NCBI GenBank assembly: GCA_964016885.1 | Contig: OZ024746.1 | Location: 102,238,001-102,302,000 of the forward strand | Reading direction: 5' to 3' | DNA: 64,000 bases | Origin: Eledone cirrhosa | Lineage: Eukaryota | Shown here: piece after piece, positions 62,701 to 64,000 of the stretch | How positions within the stretch are numbered: the first letter of the stretch is position 1 | How the letters are laid out: each line of letters opens with the position of its first letter | Position numbers and translations under genes: made by a program | The notes under the pieces: model-generated | Databases searched by the model: none | What the model was told of the DNA's origin: nothing | What the model saw: the letters and a program-made list of their open reading frames with translations, nothing else

Positions 62701-63650
62701 TCAAGAGGAAGAGTACCAATGATATAAACCTTTTCTAGTCTCAGGAAGGATCTATAGAAGTGGTTGATAGCTTCTACTACCTAGGTGACCTAATTAACAG
62801 AGGCGGAGGGTGCTGTGAGAGTATAATAGCTGGAATAAGGATAAGCTGGAAGAAGTTTAGAGAACTACTCCCACTGTTGACAACAAAAGGTTTCTTCCTA
62901 AGTACAAGAGGAAGGCTGGTGTGGAGTGCAGTGCTACATGGTAGTGAAACATGGGCTGTGACTGCAGAGGACATATGGTGCTACATGGTAGTGAAACATG
63001 GGCTGTGACTGCAGGGCACATGTGGTGCTACATTGTATTGAAACATGGACTGTGACTGCAGGGCACATGTGGTGCTACATGGTAGTGAAACATGGGCTGT
63101 GGCTGATGGGGACATGTGGTTCTACATGGAAGTGAAACATGGACTGTGACAGGAGAGCACATGTGGCGCTACATGGTAGTGAAATATGGACTGTAACTGC
63201 AGGGTACATGTGGTGCTATATGGTAGTGAAACATGGGCTGTGACTGCAGGGGACATGTGGTGCTACATGGTAGTGAAACATGGGTTGTGACTGCAGGGCA
63301 CATGTGGTACTACATGGGCTGTGACTGCAGGGGACATGGGGTGCTACATGGTAGTGAAATATGGGCTGTAACTGCAGGGCACATATGGTGCTACATGGTA
63401 GTGAAACATGGGCTGTGACTGAAGGGGACATGTGGTGCTACATGGTAGTGAAACATGGGCTGAGACTGCAGGGGACATATGTAGACCAGAGAGAAATGAA
63501 GCAACCATGTTTTGTTTGATGTGGAATGTAAGTGTAACAGAAAGGTAGATGTTGGACAAGGTGAGTGATAAGTTGGGTTTAAGAGGAATCTGAGGTGGTG
63601 TGGAGGGGAGAAGACTGTGATGGTATGGACATGTGTGTCTATATCTAAAA
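62700..63650 (+). mobile_element. RTE LINE 3' fragment
   Basis: VDSFYYLGD..GGGCCES..WKKFRELLPLL..AVLHGSETWAVTAED, later ERNEA and RRL-WYGHV. Confidence 0.85.
62931..63481 (+). repeat. 47-bp minisatellite (~12 units) derived from RTE coding sequence
   Basis: Unit GTGCTACATGGTAGTGAAACATGGGCTGTGACTGCAGGGGACATGTG (VLHGSETWAVTA-DM). Confidence 0.93.
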
Positions 63651-64000
63651 ATAGTTATATCAAAGTATGCCTGCTCTTTAAAATCCTTTGGCCAATGACC
63701 TCCATCCTCAAAATCACCAACTTTCCCAACCACCAGAATACATAGGAATGAGACAGTTCTAACCCAGTAGAAACCTTTTCTCTATTAAACATTTATATAT
63801 ATAAACACCCCCTTTGGTCCCGAATGACCATGGGATTTGTACCTAGAAAGTTCCCCTCTGAGGCACAATTCTGGGCAAGGTTGTTTGTGGAAGACTAGCA
63901 GTCCCCCATATATACCAGTCTCCCTTCTACATCACTGATGTTGTCCAAGGGAAAGGCAATGGTTGATACAGCTTACTCTCTATATACACCCTCTATACTC

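Noticed and set aside
63805-63975. Possible further SINE fragment (shares TTGTCCAAGGGAAAGGC with 49263-49279)
   Set aside because: Only a short match within the window and no head or tail visible; not enough to call.

Overview
Eukaryotic, AT-rich, repeat-dominated genomic DNA, most likely from an octopod cephalopod. That is an inference from the clustered 'CEICGKSF...HTGEKP' C2H2 zinc-finger genes, abundant RTE LINEs with (GAT)n tails, tRNA-derived SINEs and (TA)n/(CA)n microsatellites. Host genes: the first coding exon of a FAM120A-like gene (30062-30779, minus) with an ETS-rich promoter, and a small C2H2-ZNF cluster (one apparently intact 9-finger ORF, one pseudogenised duplicate, one relic). 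Most of the rest is transposable-element debris: a dead piggyBac with TTAA MITEs, a Penelope-like element 3' end, several RTE LINEs, two inverted CR1-type LINEs, Helitron fragments and non-autonomous Helitrons, and an RT-deleted Ty3/Gypsy element inside a ~42-bp satellite. Best leads: (1) a hammerhead-ribozyme core with an unusually long helix II downstream of the Penelope GIY-YIG ORF; (2) four tandem arrays apparently born out of retroelement sequence, including the multi-kb satellite; (3) a perfect 51-bp fold-back hairpin; (4) a PHD-type finger directly after the RT domain of the RTE elements. No CRISPR or prokaryotic system is present. All calls are by eye, boundaries of degraded elements are approximate, and no searches were run.
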